Shown here one piece after another: positions 9,699 to 18,725 of a stretch of 48,154 bases of DNA. The translations under genes and the position numbers were made by a program. How positions within the stretch are numbered: the stretch's first letter is position 1; every line of letters begins with the position of its first letter. Source of the stretch: Bacilli bacterium (lineage in GTDB: Bacteria > Bacillota_I > Bacilli_A > RF39 > UBA660); contig JAGHHB010000017.1 in the NCBI GenBank assembly GCA_017887885.1, positions 1-48,154 on the forward strand. The letters run 5' to 3'. Below the pieces are notes generated by a model, which was not told the origin of the DNA, searched no databases, and saw only the letters and a list, made by a program, of their open reading frames with translations.

Positions 9699-12269
9699 AT
9701 GAAAAAAATAATACTTGTCGATGGAAATAATTTACTTTTTAGAAGCTATTATGCAACTGCTTATACAGGAAATATCATGCGCAATAGCGAAGGTTTTCCG
9801 ACTAATGGATTGTATGGATTTGTCAATATGATAAATAAAATTATTCATGAAGAAAAACCACAATATATGATGGTAGCATTTGATATAGGAAAAACATTTA
9901 GACATGAAAAATACGATAAATATAAAGATGGAAGACGAGAGGTACCTGAAGATCTTAAAATCCAATTTCCGGTCGCTAAAAAGATTCTTACAGCAATGGG
10001 AATAAAGTATTTAGAATGTTCTGGCTATGAGGCTGATGATATTATCGGGACAATATCATTATGGTGTGAAAATGATCCTGACTACGAAGCATTAATTGTC
10101 AGCAGCGACAAAGATTTACTGCAACTTATTAGTGAGGAGACAACAGTTAAACTTCTTAAAAGTAAAGAATATATTATGATGGATAAAAGCACTTTTAAGG
10201 AAACTTATGGCTTTGAACCACAAAATATGATCGACTTGAAAGCACTAATGGGAGACGCTTCCGATAATATTCCTGGTATCAAAGGAATAGGAGAAAAAGG
10301 GGCTATTAAGTTACTGCGGGAATATAATTGTTTAGAGGAAATATATAAAAATATTGAAAATATAAAAGGGGCAATAAAAACAAAATTGTTAGAAGGTAAA
10401 GAGGTAGCATTTTATAGTAGAGAATTAGTTACTATCTATAGAAATGTTCCTCTTAATGTTACTTTTGATGAAATGTTATATAAAGGGGAAAATAGCGATG
10501 AACTTATTGATATTTTTAATGATTTACAATTTTATTCGTTATTAAAAAATGTCCATATTGATAGTCAAAATAACGATATAAGCGATTTTAAAATTGTTAC
10601 TAATATAAATGAAGTTATCATCAATGAAGATACCGCTATTTATTTAGATACAACTGAAGGTAATTATCATCAAGCTTCAATAATTGGTATTGCTTTATAT
10701 AATAGTAGGAATTCTTACTATGTTACCTTTGATATTTTAAAAGATAATTTTTATATCTTAAATAATATTCATATTAAATATACCTATGATTTAAAAAAAT
10801 TATTGGTTACAATGTATAAATATAATATAACTTTTGAAAATATTTCTTTTGATGTGATGATAAGTGGATACCTACTTAATTATAATGTAAAAGATGATAT
10901 CTGTTATTTAGCGAAAGATTTAAATTATGATATTCCTTTTTATGATAAAAAAGTAACTTTAGACGATTATGAAAAGGCTAAAAGAAATGTGTTAAAAGCT
11001 CGTTTCATATATGAAATCAAAACTCGTTTTGATAAAGAAATGGAAGACGAAGGCGAAAGTATCCTATTTAAAACAATAGAAATGCCCTTAACTAGAGTTC
11101 TAGCTAAGATGGAAATTGAAGGTATTCTAGTTGACATAAAAATACTTAAAGAAATGGGCGAAGAAATCAAAACAAAATTAGAAGTTATTACAGAAAATAT
11201 TTATAATTATGCAGGATGTCAATTTAATATTAATTCTCCAAAACAATTGGGTGAAATTCTTTTTGATAAATTAAAACTTCCTTGGGCAAAAAAAAATAAA
11301 ATTGGCTATGTGACGGATATTGATATATTAAAAAAATTAGCTAATTATCCTATTGTTAGTAAAATTCTGGAATATAGGAGTTTATCAAAATTATACTCTA
11401 CATATATTGAAGGCATTATTAATTGCGTTGGAGATGATAATAAAATCCATACGATTTTTACACAGACACTTACGAGAACAGGCAGACTATCATCAATAGA
11501 ACCAAATTTACAAAATATTCCTATGAAAAGTGAATATGGTAGGCTAATTAGAAAAGCTTTTATACCTGAAGAAAACGCAATGATTATGTCGTCTGATTAT
11601 TCACAAATTGAACTTCGAGTATTTGCTCATTTATCAAAAGTTAAAGATCTAATTGCGGCTTTTAATAATAATGATGATATTCATACAAAAACCGCTATGG
11701 ATGTCTTTAAAGTTCAAAAAGAAGAAGTAACTAAAAATATGAGAAGACAGGCCAAAGCTGTCAACTTTGGTATTCTCTACGGAATTAGTAGCTTTGGACT
11801 AGCTGAAGATTTAGGAATTTCTGTAAAAGAAGCAAAAGAATTTATTAATAAATATTTTGAGACGTATCCAGGTGTAAAAGATTATATGAATAAAGAAATC
11901 GAAGAGGCTACAAAGACAGGTACTGTAAAAACAATTATGAATAGAAAGAGAATTATCGAAGAATTAAAAAGTTCTAATCACAATATTAAAAGTATGGGGC
12001 AAAGAATGGCTTTAAATACTCCCATTCAAGGATCAGCTGCCGATATTCTAAAAAAAGCTATGGTGGAGATTGATGAGGCCTTTAGAAAGAAAAAAATAAA
12101 GAGTAAAATGCTTTTACAAGTTCATGATGAACTTATATTCAATGTCTATAATGATGAAATTGACGAAGTTAAAGATATTGTTTATAATATTATGACAAAT
12201 GTTTATCAGTTATTGGTACCGTTAGATGTCGATATTGAATTGGGAAATAATTGGTATGAAGCAAAATAA
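9699..12269 (+). CDS. polA: DNA polymerase I
   Basis: 5' nuclease N-terminus (LVDGNNLLFRSYYA). Pol motifs DYSQIELRV, RRQAKAVNFGILYG, QVHDEL. ATG at 9699 preferred over TTG at 9687. Confidence 0.95.
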   Translation: MKKIILVDGNNLLFRSYYATAYTGNIMRNSEGFPTNGLYGFVNMINKIIHEEKPQYMMVAFDIGKTFRHEKYDKYKDGRREVPEDLKIQFPVAKKILTAMGIKYLECSGYEADDIIGTISLWCENDPDYEALIVSSDKDLLQLISEETTVKLLKSKEYIMMDKSTFKETYGFEPQNMIDLKALMGDASDNIPGIKGIGEKGAIKLLREYNCLEEIYKNIENIKGAIKTKLLEGKEVAFYSRELVTIYRNVPLNVTFDEMLYKGENSDELIDIFNDLQFYSLLKNVHIDSQNNDISDFKIVTNINEVIINEDTAIYLDTTEGNYHQASIIGIALYNSRNSYYVTFDILKDNFYILNNIHIKYTYDLKKLLVTMYKYNITFENISFDVMISGYLLNYNVKDDICYLAKDLNYDIPFYDKKVTLDDYEKAKRNVLKARFIYEIKTRFDKEMEDEGESILFKTIEMPLTRVLAKMEIEGILVDIKILKEMGEEIKTKLEVITENIYNYAGCQFNINSPKQLGEILFDKLKLPWAKKNKIGYVTDIDILKKLANYPIVSKILEYRSLSKLYSTYIEGIINCVGDDNKIHTIFTQTLTRTGRLSSIEPNLQNIPMKSEYGRLIRKAFIPEENAMIMSSDYSQIELRVFAHLSKVKDLIAAFNNNDDIHTKTAMDVFKVQKEEVTKNMRRQAKAVNFGILYGISSFGLAEDLGISVKEAKEFINKYFETYPGVKDYMNKEIEEATKTGTVKTIMNRKRIIEELKSSNHNIKSMGQRMALNTPIQGSAADILKKAMVEIDEAFRKKKIKSKMLLQVHDELIFNVYNDEIDEVKDIVYNIMTNVYQLLVPLDVDIELGNNWYEAK

Positions 12270-12294
12270 AAATTATTTCCCGGGAAATAATTTT
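12269..12294. promoter_or_regulatory. NBS-type palindrome (Noc-binding-site core ATTTCCCGGGAAAT), copy 1
   Basis: Perfect 26-bp palindrome AAAATTATTTCCCGGGAAATAATTTT that begins at the last base of the polA stop codon. Confidence 0.7.
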
Positions 12295-12326
12295 AGAAAT
12301 ATTTTTTTGCAGAAAGGAAGGAAAAA

Positions 12327-13151
12327 ATGCCAGAATTACCTGAAGTGGAAACAGTAAAAGAAGCTTTAAAAGAAAAATTACTTGGGAAAAAGATTATCGA
12401 AGTAAATGTTCTTTATGATAAAATTATAGCTTATCCTACAAAAGAAAAATTTATTATAAAAATACAAAATCAAGTAATTAATGACATAACACGAAGAGGA
12501 AAATTTTTAATCTTTGATTTGGATAAGTATTATTTATTATCACATCTTAGAATGGAAGGAAAATATTTTTTTAGACAAAAAGAAGAAAATATTTATAAGC
12601 ACGAACATATTATTTTTAATTTAGATAACGAAGAACAATTAAGATATATGGATACAAGAAAATTTGGAAAAATGTATCTTATCAAAAAAGAAGATATTAC
12701 AATGGTTGGTCCTTTAAAAGATTTGGGATTGGAGCCGTGGGACGACAAGCTAACTAGTAAATATCTTCTCGATAAATATAGAAAGAAAAAGCTTCCTATT
12801 AAAACTGTTTTATTAGATCAAAATATTATTGTTGGCATTGGTAATATTTATGCAGATGAAATTTTATTTCTTTCGCAAATTAATCCTTTAAAAAAATGTA
12901 ATTTAATTACAAAGGAAGAAGCAGAAAAAATAATTGATAATACTAGGAAAGTTTTAGAAAATGCTATTAAAATGGGTGGGACAACCATTAGAACTTACAG
13001 TTCAGTAGATGGAGTTCACGGATTATTTCAAGAGGAATTATTAGTTCATGGAAAAGATCATGAAAAATGTCCTGTTTGTCGATCTGAAATTGAAAAAATA
13101 AAAATTGGCGGAAGAGGAACTTACTATTGTTCAAATTGTCAAAAAGAATAA
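12327..13151 (+). CDS. mutM: formamidopyrimidine-DNA glycosylase
   Basis: N-terminal PELPEVE. C-terminal zinc finger CPVC..CSNC. Confidence 0.92.
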   Translation: MPELPEVETVKEALKEKLLGKKIIEVNVLYDKIIAYPTKEKFIIKIQNQVINDITRRGKFLIFDLDKYYLLSHLRMEGKYFFRQKEENIYKHEHIIFNLDNEEQLRYMDTRKFGKMYLIKKEDITMVGPLKDLGLEPWDDKLTSKYLLDKYRKKKLPIKTVLLDQNIIVGIGNIYADEILFLSQINPLKKCNLITKEEAEKIIDNTRKVLENAIKMGGTTIRTYSSVDGVHGLFQEELLVHGKDHEKCPVCRSEIEKIKIGGRGTYYCSNCQKE

Positions 13152-13173
13152 TTTACGATGATTTTACACTCAT

Positions 13174-13205
13174 ATGTAACCTATTTGGTTACATTTTTCT
13201 TTTTT
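13174..13205 (+). terminator. intrinsic terminator after mutM
   Basis: Stem ATGTAACC / GGTTACAT, 5-nt loop, long T-rich tail. Confidence 0.75.
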
Positions 13206-13248
13206 TATTGACTAAAATAATTTAATATGATAGTTTAATCTTGGTGAT

Positions 13249-13665
13249 ATGATGAATGATGAACATTTTAGGAAGTCGCTGATCGAAATAACAGATAGTG
13301 GTCTTTTAAATGCGTTTATTAATGAAATATTTGGCTATAACTTGAAAGATGAACAATATATCTATATTCAATATAAAATTGTTCACAATAATATTGTATT
13401 AAATATGTTTGATAATAGCGATAGTAATAGATTTAAGGCCTTTATTTTTACACAAAATAGTAATTTAAAAGATAGTAAAGATATTAAATATATTGATATA
13501 AACCTTTGTTATAATAATTATAAAAAGAAAAAAATTCAAGATAAATTATGTTTAATTGGTGCACTTCTTGCAACTAAAAAGAACAATGAAAAAAAAGATA
13601 TTATAAATAAACTATTTGATGACAATATAGCGAAAATACTACTTAAATACTTTATTGCTAAATAG
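13249..13665 (+). CDS. hypothetical protein (138 aa), no recognisable motif
   Basis: ORF with GGTGA RBS before the ATG. Lys/Asn-rich, no family recognised by eye. Confidence 0.45.
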   Translation: MMNDEHFRKSLIEITDSGLLNAFINEIFGYNLKDEQYIYIQYKIVHNNIVLNMFDNSDSNRFKAFIFTQNSNLKDSKDIKYIDINLCYNNYKKKKIQDKLCLIGALLATKKNNEKKDIINKLFDDNIAKILLKYFIAK

Positions 13666-13666
13666 C

Positions 13667-14809
13667 TTATAATTTTATATCTTTTATTATTGGTTTTATT
13701 TGATATTCTCTTTTTATTAAACTAGGGTCAATTTCTAAAGAGTAAATCTTTGTAGCCATTAGTTCTATATCTAAAATTTTAGATATATTTTTTTTATATC
13801 CTGTAATGATAGGAAGCGTTATTTCTTTTTTTATTTTATTTAAATATTCTTGTCCATTTTGAGAAAAACCTAATATACGAAGATAATCTAAATTGATTTT
13901 TTTAGCATCCTCTTTAGTAAAACCAATCAAAATATGCAGTAATATTCGTGATATTTTATTATAAGTATATCTTTTAGTTTTTATTTTCATAATTAAATCA
14001 TTATAATCTTGTGCTACTTCTAAATATTTTAAAATACGATTTTCTATTCCCTCATCAACAGATTGATATCTTTTAATACTATTTCCCTCTAAAAGAATTT
14101 TATATTTTAAATATGGAAAATAGTTATTCATTGATAATTTATATAAATATTCTTCTTTATAAGGTATTAACTTATTAATAGAGGCATTTTCTAAAAAAGA
14201 TTTTCTAATAGCAGTTGCCGAAGCTATTTTGCCTTTTACTTTTGTACTATGATAATCATTTGTTCTTGGAATATTTCTTATCGATATTTTCATTTTCTGA
14301 ACAAACACTTCTCTAATATAGGCTAATGCTAATAGATCATTAGGTTTATCTATTCTTATTCCAATTAGATTTTCAATAGCTTTATTAGTAGCGGTAGGAT
14401 AATTCATTCCCTTTTTTAAATACCTTTTTAAAACTTCGTTATATTTCTTATTTTCTAACTGAAATTTGGCAACTTTAATTATTTTATCTATAGAAATAGA
14501 TTCTGTTCCAAATACCAATGTATCTATTTTTAATTCTTTTAATATTGCTATGGCACCTTTAGCAAAAATATCTGCTGATTGAGTGGCATAAACGAATGGT
14601 AATTCTAATACAATATCAATACCATAATTTAAGGCAATTTTTGTTTTATCCCATTTATTTAAAATGGAAACATCTCCTCTTTGTGTAAAAGAAGAAGATA
14701 TGACAGAGACAATAATACTATCTGGATATAAATTTTTTATCATTTTTATTTGATATAAATGTCCATTATGAAAAGGATTATATTCTGCTATTAATCCAAT
14801 GACATGCAT
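13667..14809 (-). CDS. tmcAL: tRNA(Met) cytidine acetate ligase (YlbM/TmcAL family nucleotidyltransferase)
   Basis: N-terminus MHVIGLIAEYNPFHNGHLYQ is very close to B. subtilis YlbM. Internal ATG at 14809 preferred over the track start at 14854. Confidence 0.8.
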   Translation of the reverse strand: MHVIGLIAEYNPFHNGHLYQIKMIKNLYPDSIIVSVISSSFTQRGDVSILNKWDKTKIALNYGIDIVLELPFVYATQSADIFAKGAIAILKELKIDTLVFGTESISIDKIIKVAKFQLENKKYNEVLKRYLKKGMNYPTATNKAIENLIGIRIDKPNDLLALAYIREVFVQKMKISIRNIPRTNDYHSTKVKGKIASATAIRKSFLENASINKLIPYKEEYLYKLSMNNYFPYLKYKILLEGNSIKRYQSVDEGIENRILKYLEVAQDYNDLIMKIKTKRYTYNKISRILLHILIGFTKEDAKKINLDYLRILGFSQNGQEYLNKIKKEITLPIITGYKKNISKILDIELMATKIYSLEIDPSLIKREYQIKPIIKDIKL

Positions 14810-14894
14810 ATTTATCACCAAATATATAATATCATAGTTAATAAAATAATGCAAAAAACAAAATTATAGATTAGAAAAAATATATACTACTATA

Positions 14895-14924
14895 TTGCGA
14901 ATATTATCTTTTATATGTTATAAT
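14895..14924 (+). promoter_or_regulatory. putative promoter of the GT2 gene
   Basis: -35 TTGCGA (14895-14900). Extended -10 TGTTATAAT (14916-14924). Spacing is 18 bp. Confidence 0.45.
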
Positions 14925-14955
14925 AAGCGTATATTATTTGAAATGAGGAAGTTGT

Positions 14956-16470
14956 ATGTTTAATTTTTTGAATGTTTTTAAAGAAATTGTTATTGATGTT
15001 GGAAATGCTTATCCTAGTTGGAAGAATATATATAACATAGTTGGAAATGTCATTACTATACTACTTGCATATAAAACCATTTATTGGATAATTGGTGTTT
15101 TTTTTACAAGAAAATTCAAACCTGCTAAAAATAATCATAAATATGCTATACTTATTGCTGCCAGAAATGAGAAAAATGTTATTGGTAATTTACTTGATAG
15201 TATAAAAAAACAAGATTATCCGCAAGAGTTACTCACTGTTTTCGTAGTAGCAGATAATTGTACTGATAATACGGCAGAAATTGCGAGAAAACGGGGAGCT
15301 ATTTGCTATGAAAGATTTGATGATGAACACAAAACAAAAGGTTTTGCGCTTCAATATCTACTGGAAAAGATTGAAGAAGATTATGGCAGAATGTCATTTG
15401 AAGGATACTTTATATTTGATGCAGACAATTTATTGAAAAAGGACTATATTTCACGAATGAATGATGCTTTCGATGCTGGTGAGAAAATAATTACTTCTTA
15501 TAGAAACACTAAAAATTTTGATGAAAATTGGATTGCTTCTACTTATGCTCTACATTGGATTAGATCAATCAGAAGTAATCATCGAGCAAGATCAATACTT
15601 AGACTTGCTACAAATATACAAGGGACCGGTTTTCTTTTTGCAAATGAAATTGTCAAGAACGGTTGGAAATATACTTCTTTAACTGAAGATAGAGCTTTAA
15701 CTGCCGATGCTGTAGCGCAGGGATATAAAATTTCTTATCAAGATGCTGCCGAATTTTATGATGAACAACCTACTAATTTAAAAGTTGCTTTAAGACAACG
15801 TACAAGATGGTCAAAAGGTCATTTAATGGCTTTTGTCGAAACAGGTCCATATTTACTAATGAATGTTTTTACAGGAAAATTATTCTTAAAAACTAAATGG
15901 CAAGAAAAAGAAAAAAGAAAAAAGAAAAAAAGTTTTAAGGATATTATTAAGGCAATTATCGAATCAATAAGACACCGTTTTGCATCTCTCGATACTTTAT
16001 TACAATTAACGCCTTTTTCAGTATTTAATATAGTTAGATGGTTAATAGTCTGTGTTATAATGTATGGTTGTTACTGTTATAATATTGGTATTAATAATAG
16101 TAATTTATTTAGTGGTGGTACTTATTTGGCAAAATTACTTAGAAATCTATTTGAAATAAAAATTTCTTTTGATCCTGGTATTAATGCTCTGTTTGTAGGA
16201 ATGATTTCTTCAATATGGCTTAGAATTTTTTATAGAATTGGTATGTATATTCAAAATATGTGGATGGCTATTTATCTATTTATTATTGAACGCAAGAGAA
16301 TTAAAAAAATTTCTTTAAGGAAGAAAATTTTATACACTCTTACTTGGCCCACATTCGATATTATTGGCAGATATACTACATATGCAGCTTTATTTATGAA
16401 AGTAACATGGAAACCAATACCACATGATAGCAAAGTTACTATTGATGATATTAATCGAGAAAATAAATAA
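14956..16470 (+). CDS. membrane-bound processive family 2 glycosyltransferase
   Basis: N-terminal TM segment, GT2 core (ILIAARNE, FDADN, TEDRAL), processive-synthase motif QRTRW, several C-terminal TM segments. Confidence 0.8.
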   Translation: MFNFLNVFKEIVIDVGNAYPSWKNIYNIVGNVITILLAYKTIYWIIGVFFTRKFKPAKNNHKYAILIAARNEKNVIGNLLDSIKKQDYPQELLTVFVVADNCTDNTAEIARKRGAICYERFDDEHKTKGFALQYLLEKIEEDYGRMSFEGYFIFDADNLLKKDYISRMNDAFDAGEKIITSYRNTKNFDENWIASTYALHWIRSIRSNHRARSILRLATNIQGTGFLFANEIVKNGWKYTSLTEDRALTADAVAQGYKISYQDAAEFYDEQPTNLKVALRQRTRWSKGHLMAFVETGPYLLMNVFTGKLFLKTKWQEKEKRKKKKSFKDIIKAIIESIRHRFASLDTLLQLTPFSVFNIVRWLIVCVIMYGCYCYNIGINNSNLFSGGTYLAKLLRNLFEIKISFDPGINALFVGMISSIWLRIFYRIGMYIQNMWMAIYLFIIERKRIKKISLRKKILYTLTWPTFDIIGRYTTYAALFMKVTWKPIPHDSKVTIDDINRENK

Positions 16471-16507
16471 TATATCTATTTAAATTATAATTAAAAAGAT
16501 GTCTTTT

Positions 16508-16547
16508 AACCTATAAGAAAGATCTAAAAAAATTCTTATAGGTTTTT
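16508..16547. terminator. hairpin terminator between the convergent GT2 and LtaS-family genes
   Basis: 12-bp stem AACCTATAAGAA / TTCTTATAGGTT, followed by a T-run on the + strand. Confidence 0.7.
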
Positions 16548-16581
16548 ATATACAAAAAGAAGCCTTTTAGACTTCTAATAT

Positions 16582-18534
16582 TTATATACCTTTATTTGTA
16601 TTTTTTATGGTTTTAAAGTAATCATATTTTAAAGTTAAGTCATTTTTCCTTATTAAGTAATTAATATAATAGTTCTTATCTTCAAGTGTAATTTGATCAA
16701 TGTATTTATTATTAGTTGCCACTCCTCCGTCAACATAGACTTGACCATCATACCAAGAATAATCACTAAAAAAGACATATCCTTTATAATTTTCTCCTAA
16801 TGCATCACTTCCAATATAGTAATTTGGATGATACTCATTACCAAAGAGATTTAATAATGTTGGTAAAATATTTAATTGGGATGTTACTTCTTTAACATTC
16901 TTTTTAGTAAGACCTTTTTTCCAAATAAAGAATGGAGTTTTGTTTATTAAATTATTATCTGTTTCTTTATACTTATCTAAAATAGATTGATCAGATATTG
17001 TATATAAATAATGATCTGTAAATACTACTATTACAGTATTATCGAGAAGATTTTTTTCTTCTAATTTATTTATTAATAATTCAACCATATAATCGGTCTC
17101 TTTAGCTTGCCGACGGGCACATTCTTCTTCATTCATAGTGGGAAGAATAATATCTGATGCCAAGTGTTCAGCATTTTCTTCAGCTTTCATATCTTCTTCT
17201 ATTAATATTTTGCAGACACCTTTTTCCGTAGTAAATGGCATATGACCAGAATACGTAATAATATAGTCGACAAATTTTTCTTCACTAAACATTTTTTCAG
17301 AAAAATCTTCATTTAAAATTAATTCTCGATCTAAAGTGTATGATTCATCATCATAAGTACCTAAATCTTTTAAGCCATAATAGTTATCATAGCCCCAATT
17401 TTTATAATTTGTTCCTCGTGAATAGTATTCACTTGTATTCATGTGAAAAGCGTTGACTTGATATCCTTCTTTTTTAAATAAGTTAGCTAATGAATAAGTA
17501 AATTCATTTTTATTGAATGAATAAGCATTTTGGGTATAAGAAAGTGGAGTTATAAATCCTGTATTAACTGCAAACTCAGAATTAAATGTCGAACCGCCAC
17601 CATTATAATAAGAATAATGATTAGAAAAGTTAATTGAGTTATTCATGAGTTTATACAATGTTGGTGTATCTTCTTCAGTTAACAACCAATTGTCTATTCC
17701 TTCTAATTGAAGTATTATTAAATTATTATCTTTAAATAATCCTGTATATTTATTTTTATAATTATCTTCAGTAATACTATATAATTCTTCAAGAAAAGAT
17801 AATTCTTCTTCATTATTTGTTTTCTTTGATTTTATAAAAGTAATATAAAAATTTCTAATTGTATATTCATATAATCCACTAATTCGCATACTTTTATTAT
17901 TATCATTAAAACTTATATATATATTGCGGGGATTACGCCATGTACTCCATGTTAATTCTGAATCGGGACTACCTAGAAGAAAAGGTATTAAAAAATGAAT
18001 AATTAGAAAAATAAAAAATATTTTTATAATATTCTTTAAATTAGTTTTTTGGCGTTTTGGAAAATATTTAATTCCTACTATAAATGATACAATTATAAGC
18101 AAAGAAGAAATATATACCCAAATATTGCAATTAATTATAGCATCCGCTATATATACTGATCCTTCACTTGTCATTGATAATAGACTAAAATCAAAAAATG
18201 AATCAGTCATTGAATAGTATATGTTATTTGTTAAAAAGATAAGAAAGAAAATAGAAAAAAATACTATATAATAAATCTTTCCTTTTCTTTTTTCTGTAAA
18301 TAGACATATTCCCAAAAGTAAAACTAACCATAAAATTGTAAATAAATTAGGTACTATACTTAATACATGGAAGAATTTTATTTTATTACCTATTATTCTA
18401 GTAATAATATCCATAAGTATAAAGGGTAAAGATACTAATATTATATTATAATGTTTAAGAAAGAATTTTCTAATAAAAGAAAACTTTTCTTTTATTTTAA
18501 ATTTTTTTACTACATTTTTCAAGACAATCACCAT
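16582..18534 (-). CDS. LTA synthase family (sulfatase-domain) membrane protein
   Basis: About 5 N-terminal TM helices followed by an extracellular alkaline-phosphatase/sulfatase-like domain (ILQLEGID, GGGSTFNSEFA, VVFTDHY). Confidence 0.8.
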   Translation of the reverse strand: MVIVLKNVVKKFKIKEKFSFIRKFFLKHYNIILVSLPFILMDIITRIIGNKIKFFHVLSIVPNLFTILWLVLLLGICLFTEKRKGKIYYIVFFSIFFLIFLTNNIYYSMTDSFFDFSLLSMTSEGSVYIADAIINCNIWVYISSLLIIVSFIVGIKYFPKRQKTNLKNIIKIFFIFLIIHFLIPFLLGSPDSELTWSTWRNPRNIYISFNDNNKSMRISGLYEYTIRNFYITFIKSKKTNNEEELSFLEELYSITEDNYKNKYTGLFKDNNLIILQLEGIDNWLLTEEDTPTLYKLMNNSINFSNHYSYYNGGGSTFNSEFAVNTGFITPLSYTQNAYSFNKNEFTYSLANLFKKEGYQVNAFHMNTSEYYSRGTNYKNWGYDNYYGLKDLGTYDDESYTLDRELILNEDFSEKMFSEEKFVDYIITYSGHMPFTTEKGVCKILIEEDMKAEENAEHLASDIILPTMNEEECARRQAKETDYMVELLINKLEEKNLLDNTVIVVFTDHYLYTISDQSILDKYKETDNNLINKTPFFIWKKGLTKKNVKEVTSQLNILPTLLNLFGNEYHPNYYIGSDALGENYKGYVFFSDYSWYDGQVYVDGGVATNNKYIDQITLEDKNYYINYLIRKNDLTLKYDYFKTIKNTNKGI

Positions 18535-18685
18535 CTCCTCTTGATTATACTATATATTTATTTTTTTGTAAATAGACATATTTAAAGGAAAAAATTCCAT
18601 AATTAAGGATTTTTTATTGTTATTTTTAATCTCATAGAATTAGTTTGAATAATTCAATAAAATTGTTTATTTTTTTCTTTTTTTT

Positions 18686-18694
18686 TGTTATAAT
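18686..18694 (+). promoter_or_regulatory. extended -10 element upstream of the HerA-like gene
   Basis: TGTTATAAT 32 nt upstream of the ATG, immediately preceded by T7-C-T9 tracts. Confidence 0.4.
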
Positions 18695-18725
18695 CTATTA
18701 TATAGAATAGAAAGAAGGGTTATTT

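Noticed and set aside
18670-18686. T7-C-T9 homopolymer tracts upstream of the HerA-like gene as a phase-variation switch
   Set aside because: T-runs of this length are common in the intergenic regions of this window. With an extended -10 element, promoter activity need not depend on spacer length. Without population data there is no support for the idea.
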